Source: Euglena gracilis (Eukaryota). From it: a stretch of DNA of 64,000 bases. Positions 49,401 to 61,527 of this stretch are shown here, piece after piece. The stretch lies in the NCBI GenBank assembly GCA_039621445.1, contig CP154954.1, positions 37,557,703 through 37,621,702 on the forward strand, in the 5' to 3' direction. The notes beneath the pieces were generated by a model. The model was not told the origin of the DNA and did not search any database. It saw only the letters and a program-made list of their open reading frames with translations. Every line of letters begins with the position of its first letter. Position 1 is the stretch's first letter. The translations under genes and the position numbers were made by a program.

Positions 49401-50810
49401 GTCCTCAAAATGTGCGCACCTGTGCACTTTTTAGGGGGGTATGTGGCTGTATATAAATTCTCTTTCCCAAACTGCACCTGTTTTCGGCCAGATATTCCGA
49501 GTTTTCCCTCCATTTTTGGTCGATCTTCAGTCGGATCCACTGAACAGCGCTGCACGGGGGGGGGGGGGGGTTTTTTTTTAATATTTGGCAGGAAACCAAA
49601 GAGGGGGCTTGTATTTGGCGGGTGTTATTTTTGGGTGGTTCTGATTGGGGGGGGGTTCATCAAAACCCTAGTTAGGCCATTTGAGAAAGGCCAGAAATTC
49701 AGCCAAAATAGCATGGTTCCCCCGATCATATGTTGATGGATTGACACGATGGTAGAATGTGGGATAATATTATTTTGGGAGAGCAGGGAGGGTATTTAGG
49801 AAGTTATTTTTTGTAAGGTCTACCGTACCAAGGTGAATAGGACACAAAGACTCTTCAAGCATTCGTTAGTGTGCAAAGTGCACACCCCCTCAACAAAGGC
49901 CAGCCTCTTGAAAACCTTGAACCACATTTTACACATGCATGTTGTGTGAGCAACACAGAAAATTGCAGATTGTTTGGCCTGTCCACATCTAGAATTAGGT
50001 CTGTCCTCCTCCACCGTCAGTGATCCACCCAACTGGGCAGGACTGCACGGGAATCTGCACAACCCTACAGGTGGTGGGGAGGGGTCGACCAACCCCCCCT
50101 CTAGAAGGTGAATGACAATGAAAAAGGCACCATGCTTAATTTGAGTCTTTCCCCACCTCCACAAGACCAACATTTTTTAAGGAGTTTCACCCGTCGTCCC
50201 CCCGGGTGGGTGTTACGGGCAGGCAGGGGGGGGGCATTTTTGATCCCAGGTCGAGTTTTAGGGTGGGCAGTGCTATAGCACATTCCCTGGTGCCAAAGGC
50301 GCCGGGGCCCCAAAAACGGGGAAAGTTGGCTTGGTCGGCAGGCAACGGGGTCCAAAGCCGGGGGGGGGGGGGTTGCCAACATGGGCAGGCACCCCTTGTT
50401 TTGCGGTTTTTGTCTTTTTGTGTCTTTTTCTGCGTTGCATTCCGCGAGGGCCCCCGTCTTGTCTCCTCTGCTGTCCGATGCAGTGATGGTCTTTGAATTG
50501 CTTGTGCCGAAGGGGGGGCCAAAGTTCTTCCCCCAAGCTGTTTAGGAACCCAAGTGCTCAGTTATTTTGCATGTTTCAACTTCAGCCTCTTTGTTTTTCC
50601 TTGTGGTTTTTTGAAATTTCCTCTTTTTCCTGGTGTGCCTCGCACTTTGCAGGCCTTTGGTTAGACTTGCAAACATCTTTTGAATCCCCCTCCCCATCGT
50701 GCAAAGCGCTGCAGTTGATTGCCAGCTCCTGAGAGACAAGGCACTTTTTTTGCAAGGGTATTTCTTTTTAATGTGAAACCAGAGATACCTGTCATTTGCC
50801 TCATCTGCAG

Positions 50811-50944
50811 GAGCTTGATTTGCTTATTGATGCGTTCGACAGCAATAAGGATGGCAAAGTGTCGTACCTGGAGTTTTGCAACACAATGGTGAATGGCCCC
50901 TGGGCTACGATGCAGTTTAAAGAGCCACCAATTACAGATCCAAA
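50811..50944 (+). CDS. Multi-EF-hand protein exon (EF-hand 2, repeat B)
   Basis: CTGCAG|...AA|GTAC, 134 nt as for 27702; ELDLLIDAFDSNKDGKVSYLEFCNTMVNGPW. Confidence 0.9.
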
Positions 50945-51381
50945 GTACGACGTGTTTTGCTGTTGCTGCTGCTGTTGCTGCTGAGGTGGGAATGATATTC
51001 CCCATCAAAATAGCCGAATTAGCTGAGTCTGTTTTTGATATCCCCAGTGTTTCATCAGAATAGCCGAATCAGTTTTTGATATCTCACTGTTCTCACAACT
51101 CTCTATGCAAACTGCTGTTTGGCATGTGAAGCAACACAAATCCAAATTCTCTGGCTGGGTAGGTGGGGGGGGGACCCCTGGGGGCTCGAACAGAAGCCTT
51201 GACCCATCACATCCAGCAGGGAGGAGGGAATATGCACCATGCAGTTTTTTCATTTTCTTTGCGTTTTCTTTGTGTTTTTTTTTTAACAGAGGAAATTTCA
51301 CTTAAGTGAAATGAAATGCATGGCATGGGAGAGATGCATTTTTTGTCGTTTTTTGTTTTTTTTGTTTTATTCACTCCACAG

Positions 51382-51450
51382 GATCCCTACAGTGCACAAA
51401 GTTCCTGACAATGAAGTGAGGTTGAATCTGCTCTTGCAGTCGCTCCACAG
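51382..51450 (+). CDS. Linker exon of the EF-hand gene
   Basis: Polypyrimidine-CAG|, CAG|GTCAG; phase 2-2; KIPTVHKVPDNEVRLNLLLQSLH. Confidence 0.65.
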
Positions 51451-54400
51451 GTCAGCAGTGCCCGTCCATCGAAGTTGGGATATTCCCAACTTCGGACCCC
51501 CTGGGCAGGTGGGTCTGCCGGTGGGTCCCCCCCCCCCCCCGGGGGTCAGGGCAGAACGGGAATCGGCCAAACAGCCAGGGTGGTGGGTGGGGGGTGGTGG
51601 CCGACCACCCTCCCCACCACCTCTTCCTGTATTTCCGGGAGCACCAATTTTTTGGACCCAAAAATTTTTCCCGGCGCCGAACAAAGAAACCGAAGCCGAA
51701 GGCGCCGGGAGTTTTTTTTTTAATACCATTTTGGGACCTGTATGGGAGGTCCCCCCCAAAAACCCCTGAAACCCCATTTTTTTACACCTTCCAAAATTTC
51801 AACATTTTTCTCAAAATTTTTTTTAGAGGTTTTTGAAGCAAAAAGAATGTTATTGAATATCCAAAATTTTCCAAGAGAAAAAATGTCAGTAAAATTTGCG
51901 TGTGCCAAAATTTGGTCCATTTTTTGACCTTCGTTTTTTTTCAGCCCCTCCTAAAAACCACCAATTTTTAAACCTGAAAATTTGAGATTTTTTTTGTGAA
52001 AGAAATGTGGTTTTCCATCAGAAAATCATGCCTTTTGAGTTCATCTTTCAAAAAATTTCCCCAGCCAACATCCCCGTTTTCCCAAAGTTGGTGAAAATGC
52101 TGTGGTGGGTGGGGGGGGTCGAACCCCCCACCAGGCCTTCCCATTCTGCCCTGCTGGGGATGCTCCCCCTAACTAACTAAAGTGGAGTATGTGCCTGGCA
52201 CTTGGTGGCCGGCGTCGTAAACAAGGTAAGTCCCGCCAGGCTCCGGCCACCTCCACGTACACAGACAAAACGGGCCAGAGGTGAAAAACAGCGCCAGGCC
52301 AGAAGAAGGGATAAAGTGCGCCAAACAAAAAGCCACGCAGGGTACCCCCAAGGGTCTTGTGGGTCCCCCGCCAGAGGCAGGGTTTGGGCTTTTTTGGCCT
52401 TTTTTTTTTTTCGGCACAAAGTGCCAGTAAATTTTTGACCCAAAAATTGACCCCTCAACAATTGGGTCCCCAGTTTGATTGCCAAAACGAGCAAAACCAG
52501 GTGGAAATGGTGGAAGTGGGAAAATGGCCAGAAACGGGCTGCCCAGCTCAAACTTTGGCAATGAACATATATCTTTTGGCGTCTTGCCGATGTTTGGGCC
52601 TTTTTGCAGTTTCTGGTTTCTGGACCCAGTTCCATCCCAGGGAATTTTAGCCAGGGAATCACATATGGGAGGGAACGGCTGGCTGGCTACTTTTCCGTCA
52701 TTTGTGTTCCAACGTATTGGGACATTGAATTAAGTGAGAGTTGGTTTTGCGCGGGGGGGGTCAGACCCCCCGGGGTTCCAGACCCTCTCTGTCCTGCTTT
52801 AGATTCGGGAGGGGGGGTCCCTGGAACCCAGAAAGTTTTTCTCTGGCGAACATAATTTTTTATTGTTTGCTTTTTTTCAAGGGTGCTAAAGATACCTTTT
52901 CGCTTTTTTTTTCAGCTCAAAAAGATTTTTTTGGCAATTTATTTTGTACAGGAGGAGGGGTAGGGAAGTCCTGAACCCCCTCCTGTTGGTGGGGGTGGCT
53001 TTTTTGAAGTGTTAAAATCCAGGCAAAAACAGCTCAGTATTTTGGAAAGGATGGTTAAAGTTTGATGTTTTCATTTTGACTAGACAAAAGCCTTTTTGCG
53101 GGAATGTCCCAAATGTACGTCCAAGAAGCATAATGAACAGAAGTTTTCTGAAGGGCCTGTATTTTGGGATATACCCAAAGATACCCAAGCAGGGTGTCGC
53201 TTAAGCCGAAGTGGACACCCCAGGGGGCCAGCCAGACAGCAGCCTTTTCCCAACCAGCAGCCTTTTTTCCACCCATCATCGACGATTGATATTTTCAGCC
53301 ACCCGAAGGGGGGCTGGACGGTCACGGTTTCAGGTGTTGCAAAAACGGGCCGAAAATGGCAAAAATTGTCGTATTTGGGCTGGCCAGGACAAATTTTGGG
53401 ACAAAGAATTGAATTTTTTTTTAGCGTAATTGGCAGTTTTTTTGGGGGGATGTTGGCGTTTCGGTTATTTTTTGTTACCTGTTGGTCGGTCCCAATTCCA
53501 GCTGGGGGATCTTGTGCGGGGAGGATCAGCCAGCAGCCTTTTCCCAGCCAGCCCAAATTTTCCAGTGTCTAAACTGGACCCCCCCCCCCCAGGGTCACTG
53601 AGCGACGCCCTGTACCCAAGGGTGGCTCATTTTTGGGTTGGGTTTGCATTTTCTGTTTCTTTTTCTAAAAATTGGCAGGGATACACTGCCTCAGGATGAA
53701 GGACAGACAGGAGTTTGTTTTTTTGTTGGGATTCGCCATAGAATATTTTTTGGCACTGGTCCAAATCATTGGTATCCGACATTTTCATTCTGGTACCTTG
53801 TGCCTGGGTCATGTGGTGCAATCCTTCCTGACTTCCCAGCACAACACATCCGTACCTGGAAGGGGGGGGGCAGGGTTGGTTCCCAGGGGGACCCAGGGAA
53901 TATTGGTCAGCAAAAATCCATCTAATTGGCCCGATTAGGATTTCAGCGCAAAATCCACGGCTTAATCCATCCATCCAGTCTCAACTCTCTTCCCTTTGCT
54001 AGGTTTTCAAATGAATCAACTGTTGCCTCCACTGGTTGGGTTTTCTCAGGGCTTTGGAGCAGCGATTCCAAACAGTGCAGGAGGCGTTCATTCACCTCGA
54101 TAAGAATCGTTCTGGCCTCATCAGCGCCCAGGAGCTGATTGGCATTCATGGAGGAAATCGCTTCCATGATGCCATTTTTTGTTTTGTTCGATTTGTTTTG
54201 AGTCAAGCTTAGCTTTGAAGCATTGAGAATTCATTACGGCTGGGAAAAAGGATGGAAAAAAAGGTGCTGGCTGGACGCTGGGGGGAGGGTCTGGCCCATG
54301 CATGGCTAGCTGAACCCCTCGGGTCCTTAAGCAATGGCATTGTCTGGCAAGGTAATTAAACTAATGAAAAATTTGGTAAGACCTCCCAAATAATCAAGGG

Positions 54401-57400
54401 ATTTTGCCCAATTTTAACCTCCTGCCCAAAGTGTTAAGTGTGCGGCAGTTTTGCGGGGGAGGGGGGTCAGACCACCCCCTCCCCAGAGGGGTCCAGACCC
54501 CCCCCCCCCGCTCCTGCCGCACTCCTGTGAAGGGAATCAAACACGGCAGAAACCCACAAATTTCCTCCAGACAGAGCATATTTGGACAAAATGACTGGCA
54601 CAACAAAATCAAAGCGAGTTTTCAATTTCAATTGAAACATCCAAAATTCGATGAATTTAGAAATTATGTAAAAATCCACATCTTGGGATCTTTTTAAGTT
54701 TGAAAGTTTGCGCGCAACAAAGTGATTTTAATGGCATAATTCAAGCTCAGATAAACCAATGTCATTTTCTCCCGCGCTATAAATCAGCCGACTCATTTAT
54801 AAGAAAATGGCTACAAGAGAACACATTGGTCAACATATGTAGTGCCCAGATTTTTTAAAAAAAATAAAATTTGATGGTGCAAAAATTTGGCACCCCGCCA
54901 AGTGATAGCGAGGGGGGGGGGGCATTGCTGAAGGGACTGCACTTCCAGAGCAGTTGGGGGCAGGTTTTTCTGCTGGGTGAAGAACACCCAAGGCTACCAC
55001 CCTACAGTTTCTCTTAAAAATCGTGGGATTAAAGTCAGATTTCCTCCATGTTATTGTTTTGCACAACAACAACGTTCGTGTCAACTGGGAAGACATTCAA
55101 TTGTTGGTTGATTATTTTGACACGAACAAGGATGGGCTGATTTCCTGATTGGGCTGTTTTGTTACTTTCTGAGGATATCAATCTTTGGCAAATGGAGCAC
55201 ACACGGACTAGACACAAGCTGCACACGCACACGCTTGCATGCGCACGCGCGCGCACGCACACTTGCGCAAACTCACATCCATGTGCATAAATGCATGTGG
55301 ACGTGTGTGCACACGTGCGCATTTGAACGCAAACACACATTTAGGTGCCGGCAAAGACACTCACATCCATCAGCCAGCCACCCACCCACCCACTCATTTG
55401 CTACCCCCCAGGGTTGTTCAGAAGCTCCGCAGACATGAGGGTGGTGGTAGGGGGGGGGTCACCCCCCCTCCAGGGGGGTAAGGTGGTGGGGGGGTCCCCC
55501 ACCCCCCCTCCTCCTCTGCGAGAGCAAAAAAAAATTCCTCCGGCGCTTCGCACCGGGTGTGTACTTTAAGACCCTCTTGAGTCTCAACATGGAATTTTGG
55601 CAAAATGGCCCAAATTGGCCGAAAAATGGCCGTAACTTGGGATGGGCGGGGAGTTGCGTGGAAATCAAAATATTTTTAGACAGGGCATTTTAAGGGCTTC
55701 AATTTAGGTCTCGAACATTTCCTTTGTTCCCCACCGTTTTTGAGAAATTTCAGAAAAATCGACCTTTTGATCCCAAAAAAACGACCGAAATTTTCGGTGA
55801 CCGAAAGCTGGAGGTAGGAGGGGGGTCGGTCCCCCCCCCTCCGAGATTCCCACACAATTCTGCCCCTCCCCCCCGGCGCTTGGCCCCACTCCTTCTTGCA
55901 TGCAAATTTGCCCCCTAAAGTTTGGCCTTCGGCCTTTTGCACATGGCCGCCAAAATTATCAACGTGCAAACTTGGCCCCCAAAAAAATTGGCCCAGTATT
56001 AAGTGAGCGGTGGTTTTGCAGGGGGGGCACCCCCTCCTCCCCCCCAAACCAAGGGGGGTCTGGGAACCCAAAAAAAAATTCCGGCGCGAATAGCTGGAAA
56101 CGATGAAAATTTTGGTGTGCGTTTTGACCGATTTTTCAAGAAGGTGCAGGAAAACGCGACTTTTGGGCCATTTTCAAGGCCGACAAAAATTTTCAAGGTA
56201 AAAATTTACAAAACTTTTTATGAAGGTAGCTTTTTGAATTCAAATTTTCAAGAATTTGTCAGGCTTGTTCATGGGCGGTCAAAGAGTCATCCAGGCATCA
56301 AACCAACGTCGGTACCGGTTGGAAATCAAACACATTTCTTTGAGTATTCAGTGGATGGGCAATGTTCCAGCAATGCCAGAAATAATTTTCCCCGGGGTTG
56401 ATTTTTTTTTGCTGAGATTTCGAACTTCTTTTTTTTTGCTCAATTTCGAATATTTTTCCAGGGCCAATTTTTAAAGGTTTTCTAAGGTTCCTTTAGGCAA
56501 TTTGTCCATTTTTTTTCAGTCTTTTTTTAAAAATTTTTGAAGGTTTTTTGAGGCGCCTTTTCAAAATAATGCCTGCTGGGGGAGGTACACATACAGCACC
56601 TCTTTCTGCAAAACACCATGTTATTGTCTTCCAACATAATCCCAGAAAATTTCTCTTGAAAATGATGGCCATTTGGGCCCCAGGCAAATTCTGACCTACT
56701 TTATGCTTTATCATCAGTTTGTGGTTTGCCAAAACTGACCCTTTTAAGCGACGCCTGACGCCAACCCTTGGGCTGTTTATGTCCGTTCAAAGGGCCATCG
56801 CCCAAAAGGTTGGAAGTCACCAGATTTCAGGTAGGCTGAGCAACTGCATAATGCGGAGTCGTGTCTCATGAAACGTCACGGATAATGTGAAAAAATGCTC
56901 CATAGGCATTGAATGTAACCCCCTCAAATAAGAGACCCCCCGGTGTGTTATTTGGGCACCAGGGGGGGTGTGTTATTTGGGGGGATGTGTTATTTTTACA
57001 TGGAAAACCAAAGGAAAACAGGGGTGTGTGTTATTTGGGCGCCTGAAATCGGCCCCCGGGGGGGGGGTGTTATTTGGGGGGGAGTTATTTGGGGGGGGGT
57101 AATTTGGGGGGGGCTTTCGATGTTCAGCAATGCAGGTGGGGAATTTTTTGTTTCAAATGTGACAGCTCGGATTAGCAAGATTACATTTGAGAGAATAATG
57201 GATGGTATTCTACATAGCAGCATTCTAAATGTCCTCCTCATGCAAAAATTTCCGTCCCAGCGCTTTGTGCCGGGCCGAATATCATCACCTGGGCCGCCAC
57301 TGTTTCGGTTGGGGGGTGTCAAAAAATGGCCTGGTTCTTTGGTAAAAAGTATTTCTTTTTTACAAATCGCTTATTTTTGAACTTTTTTTTTTGCAATTTT

Positions 57401-58026
57401 CCTTTCCCAGCTCGATTTCGTTCCATCCAGGGACCCCCAGCTCCATTTCGGCAAAACAAATCCAAGAAAATTTGTGCACTCATTCATCATTCATCACTCA
57501 TTCATCATTCACCATTCATTCATTCAGCAAACAAACGAGCACAGTGCTGAAATTTCAATTCAGAAGCAAATTTGATTTTGACCCAGAGATATAGTTCCCT
57601 CTTGCGAGGGCGTCGCTTAAGCTGGAAGGTCCCCTTTCCTGGGGGGCCCCCTGGTCAACATCCTGGGGGGGGACCTGTCCAGCTGGCCAAAAGACAGCTG
57701 GAACAGATTTTTTTTTGGAGGTGCAAAAATAGGCCAAGGAAAGGGCAAAAAAGGGACGCAACCAGGTTGGTCATCTCAAAAAATCCGGCAAAACTTCTGC
57801 ACGTTTGGTGCAGTTTTGTTGAGGTTTTTCCTGCAGTTTCGATTCCTTTGAATTGGGTTCGACGCAGTTTCTGCCAGGGATCCCAGCCGCTTTTGGGGAG
57901 GGAGGGAGGGCTCAGCCAGCAGCCTTTTTTCCAGGCAGCCCAAGTTTTCCATCTCTGGGCTGAACTCTTCCCAGTCACAAACCCATGTCTGTTGTTGCTT
58001 TTTTCCTCTCCTGCGATGGATCAAAG

Positions 58027-58171
58027 GACACCACAGCCCTGCAATGGGAAGAGTTTGTGCGGGGTATTCAAATGAACCGGTGGAACCCCCGTGGTGCTGG
58101 TGACAGCCGGGATACGCTTCTGCCCAAGCCATCTGTGGCCCCTGGTGCACGTGTGGAGGAACCTGGGCAGG
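58027..58171 (+). CDS. Probable further exon of the EF-hand gene (degenerate EF-hand exit helix)
   Basis: DTTALQWEEFVRGIQMNRWNP parallels DGKVSYLEFCNAITNGPWTP; AAG| acceptor after a pyrimidine tract; G|GTGTG donor. Confidence 0.5.
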
Positions 58172-61100
58172 GTGTGGCATTTGACACATTTGCATAAAAT
58201 CTTGAGTTTGACCACAACTGAAGGCCGCCGAAGGTTATAGAGGTCACCCAAAAAAATTATTTTCCCCCCAAATATAAGGCCTCCCCGCCAAATATAAAGC
58301 CCCCCCCCCCCTGAGGGTCTTGAAATCCCGTCCAAATACAAATCCGGGAGGGCTTTATATTTGGGAGGTTAGCATGCAATCCCCTGACACACTTCACCAC
58401 CATTTTGAAGCACAAATTGTCCTCCATGCCACTTTAAGACCCTGAGCTCCACCAACAAAAATGCATATGCTCAGTGACTGAATTGGATGGGGGAAGCAGA
58501 AAGCAAAATGCATCACTCCCCTGAAGTGGAAATAAACCTCACACCACAAAAGTCATTTGGTCCACTCACTTGGAAAATGTGCAAATTTAACTCCGAAGCA
58601 CGGGTGGCTGCGGACCTGATTGTTTGGCCCCTATTTGGACCCCCCTCTGACTTGTGCAATCCATCAAAATGTGGTGGGTGGCTTGTGGTCCTGCCTTGGC
58701 GGCTCCGCTTTGTTTGACCTGCGACATCCGCCGCTTGGACGCCTCGTTCTATTAGGGGGGGGGGGGATCCAAATGGAGCATTTCTGATGGAAAAATGTCA
58801 TTTTGATGCTCCTTTGGAAAATTCAATTATTTTCCTGAATGGCAGGTCTTGGCCCGTCGACTCCGGTGGGGGCGCTTATTTTTTTTGGGCAAAACTAAAC
58901 CCCTCATGGGGGGCTTGTGGTGGCGCTGCCTTTGGCGGGTGGGGGTTTTGTTTGGTGCGCTTGTGGGTTCTATAGGGGGGGGGGTTATCCAAAATGGAGC
59001 ATTTCTGGTGGAAAAAAATTGTTGTATCCTTCTAAAAATTTTCAATGTTTTCCTGAATGGCAGGTCTTGGCCCACGCCAGTGGGGGGCATTATATTTTTT
59101 GGGCAAAACTAAACCAACCTCAGGGGGGATTTATATGTGGGGGGGGCTTTGTATTTGCGGTGGGTTTATATTTGGGGGTTTATGGCCCCATGAGCACAGT
59201 GGCTTGCAAGTCAGCTGACACCCAATGCACCTCATTTTCGGACAAAAATACTGGTGATGATGTCCATTTTTAAACTCAGGTTTTCAGCAGGGAAAATTGA
59301 AAATGCAGTTTATTTGATGTGCCAGGGCTTTGATATGGTTTTTCACAGCTTCACCGATGTCCAAATTTGGGCCGAGATGGCTGGTCCTTTTGTTGTATTA
59401 CATACCCAGCCTGTTTACGCAGTTGCACAAACGGTTGGTGTGGCAAATGCGCACACCGACCACCAATTCTTCAAAAAAAATCAAATTTCAGGGCGTCGTT
59501 TCAGGCTTAGTTTCACCTCACCAAATTGTCCCAGCAGCCCATGTTGATGAGGCAGCCATCTGAAGGCTGGGGGGAATTGATATCCGCATTTTTTTTAAAA
59601 AAAATACTGCAATTTCCGCAGTTTTCTGCAATTTTCCCACAATTTTTTTTGCAATTTCCCCCCTTTCTGCAGTTTTTCCGCATGGATGATGGAAGGCGAA
59701 GTGGGTTTCGGCCATTTTTGAACATTTCACAGGGGTACCCAGGCACTTTTTTTTTGTTATTTTGTTGCAAATTTGCCAAAAAATTGCAAAATTTTACAAA
59801 TTTTGACAAACGTGGGCAAATTTTTGGCCAGTTTTTAGGGTTTCCCCCAATTTCTGCTACTTTGGACTTGAAGATTCCGAGTCCTGACCATTTCACCTTA
59901 TACCAAAGTTTTCGGCAATTTTGCCAGCGTTTGATTTTTCACCAAATATTTCCAAATCGGCATGTTCTCAAAATTACAAAAAAACCTGTTTTTGGACTTT
60001 TTGTTTTTTTAAAAAAAAAAGGTGAATAACAACCCAAATCTTACACCTATATTGCAAAATGACCAATTTTTTCCAAGTCCCCTCCATCAGAAGTGTACAA
60101 ATCCCCAAAACCGTAATGTCTACAATTTTTCGCAATTTATCTGCAATTCTTCCAATTGCCTCCAACCTCCATTCACCCCTGGCAAAGGTTCCAAACATGC
60201 CTGCTCAGGCACCCTAACCCAGGGTTCGATAAAAGGACTGCATACAGGGTTTGGGTGGGTGGGGTGTCCCCCCCCCCCGACCGGAGGGGGGTCTGGACCC
60301 CCCCACCTGTCAAGGGGGTGTGGACCGACCCCCGGGGAGACCCCCTCCAAAGAGGTCAAATTTTTCCTTTCGACGCAAAGCACCGGATTTTTTTTGCATT
60401 TTTGACTTTTTTTTTGCCTGAAAAGTGCCCAAATGGCACTTTTGGCTGTTTTTTGGGAAAAAGTTTCCGCCCGGTGCTTTGCGCTGGGCTGAAAATCAGT
60501 CACCCAGACCGCGCCACTGTTTAGGTGGGGGGCGTTCCCCCCCGGACTGGAGGAGGGTCCTGGGGCCCAACCTACCCACCCACTCTCGAAAACCCACCCG
60601 CCCACCCCCTGGGGGGTCACACAGGTGTTGTTAAGTGACTCAATTTATACCCAGGACGCGGGGATGAAAGCAGGGAGATAGGGCAGGTTTCAAACTAAGG
60701 GCAGGTTGGGGTGGGTCGGATTGCGACATGGATCCAGTTTTTGCCCGGCCAAAGGCCGGGCCGGGAAAATTTTTCCAGCGTTTTTGGCTGGATTTTGGGT
60801 GGGTGGGTGGGTGGGTGATTGACTCCCGGGGGGGGGGGGTTCAAAAAAAGTGGGTGGGTGGGTTTGGGCCTGTGAAAATGTGCCTCCCACCATGGTCACT
60901 AAGTAAATCCATGGTCCCAGGGCACCACATCGCATCCCGATTGTGCAATTGGGTTTTTTGGGAGCCAAGCGTTGTCATTTTTAAAATATGTCGATTTGCG
61001 CAAATGCGAACATCGACAAATAATAATTCCTTAATTGCGAGGTACACTTAAGGTCCAATTGCCTACCATTGAAGATAATTCTGCCAAAAAACGCCCAGGC

Positions 61101-61527
61101 AAAGTTGAGAAAGAGAATTGTTGGGCTGCACGTTTTTGGTTGTAATTTTTCTGCTTGGTCAAAACAACCAGGTCGAAACAGCGGGGCTGAAGAGGAGCAT
61201 TCTGTTGTACCTCAGTTATCTGGTGCTGACAGACTGCTTAACTCTGGAACTGGATTTTTAATTTTAATTAGATTTAATTGGAATGCGAGCTGATTTAAGG
61301 GGGGTGACGGTAAAGAGTTGATGAGCAGAACGATTGATATAATTTATCTGCCGACCCCCCCCCCCCCAAATGACATCCCCGGGGGGTTTGCCTTTGGTGC
61401 ATTTTGGAATATTGGTATATTTTGGGTACATTTTTTCAACCTCAAAAATGAACATTTTTTGCATAATTTTTGAATTTCACTCATTTTTACACTTTATTCC
61501 ACGTTGATATTGCCTCAAGTTTGGTGT

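Noticed and set aside
55195-55340. Alternating purine-pyrimidine (CA/CG) tract containing TTGCGCAA
   Set aside because: Degenerate microsatellite, not a true copy of the element palindrome.
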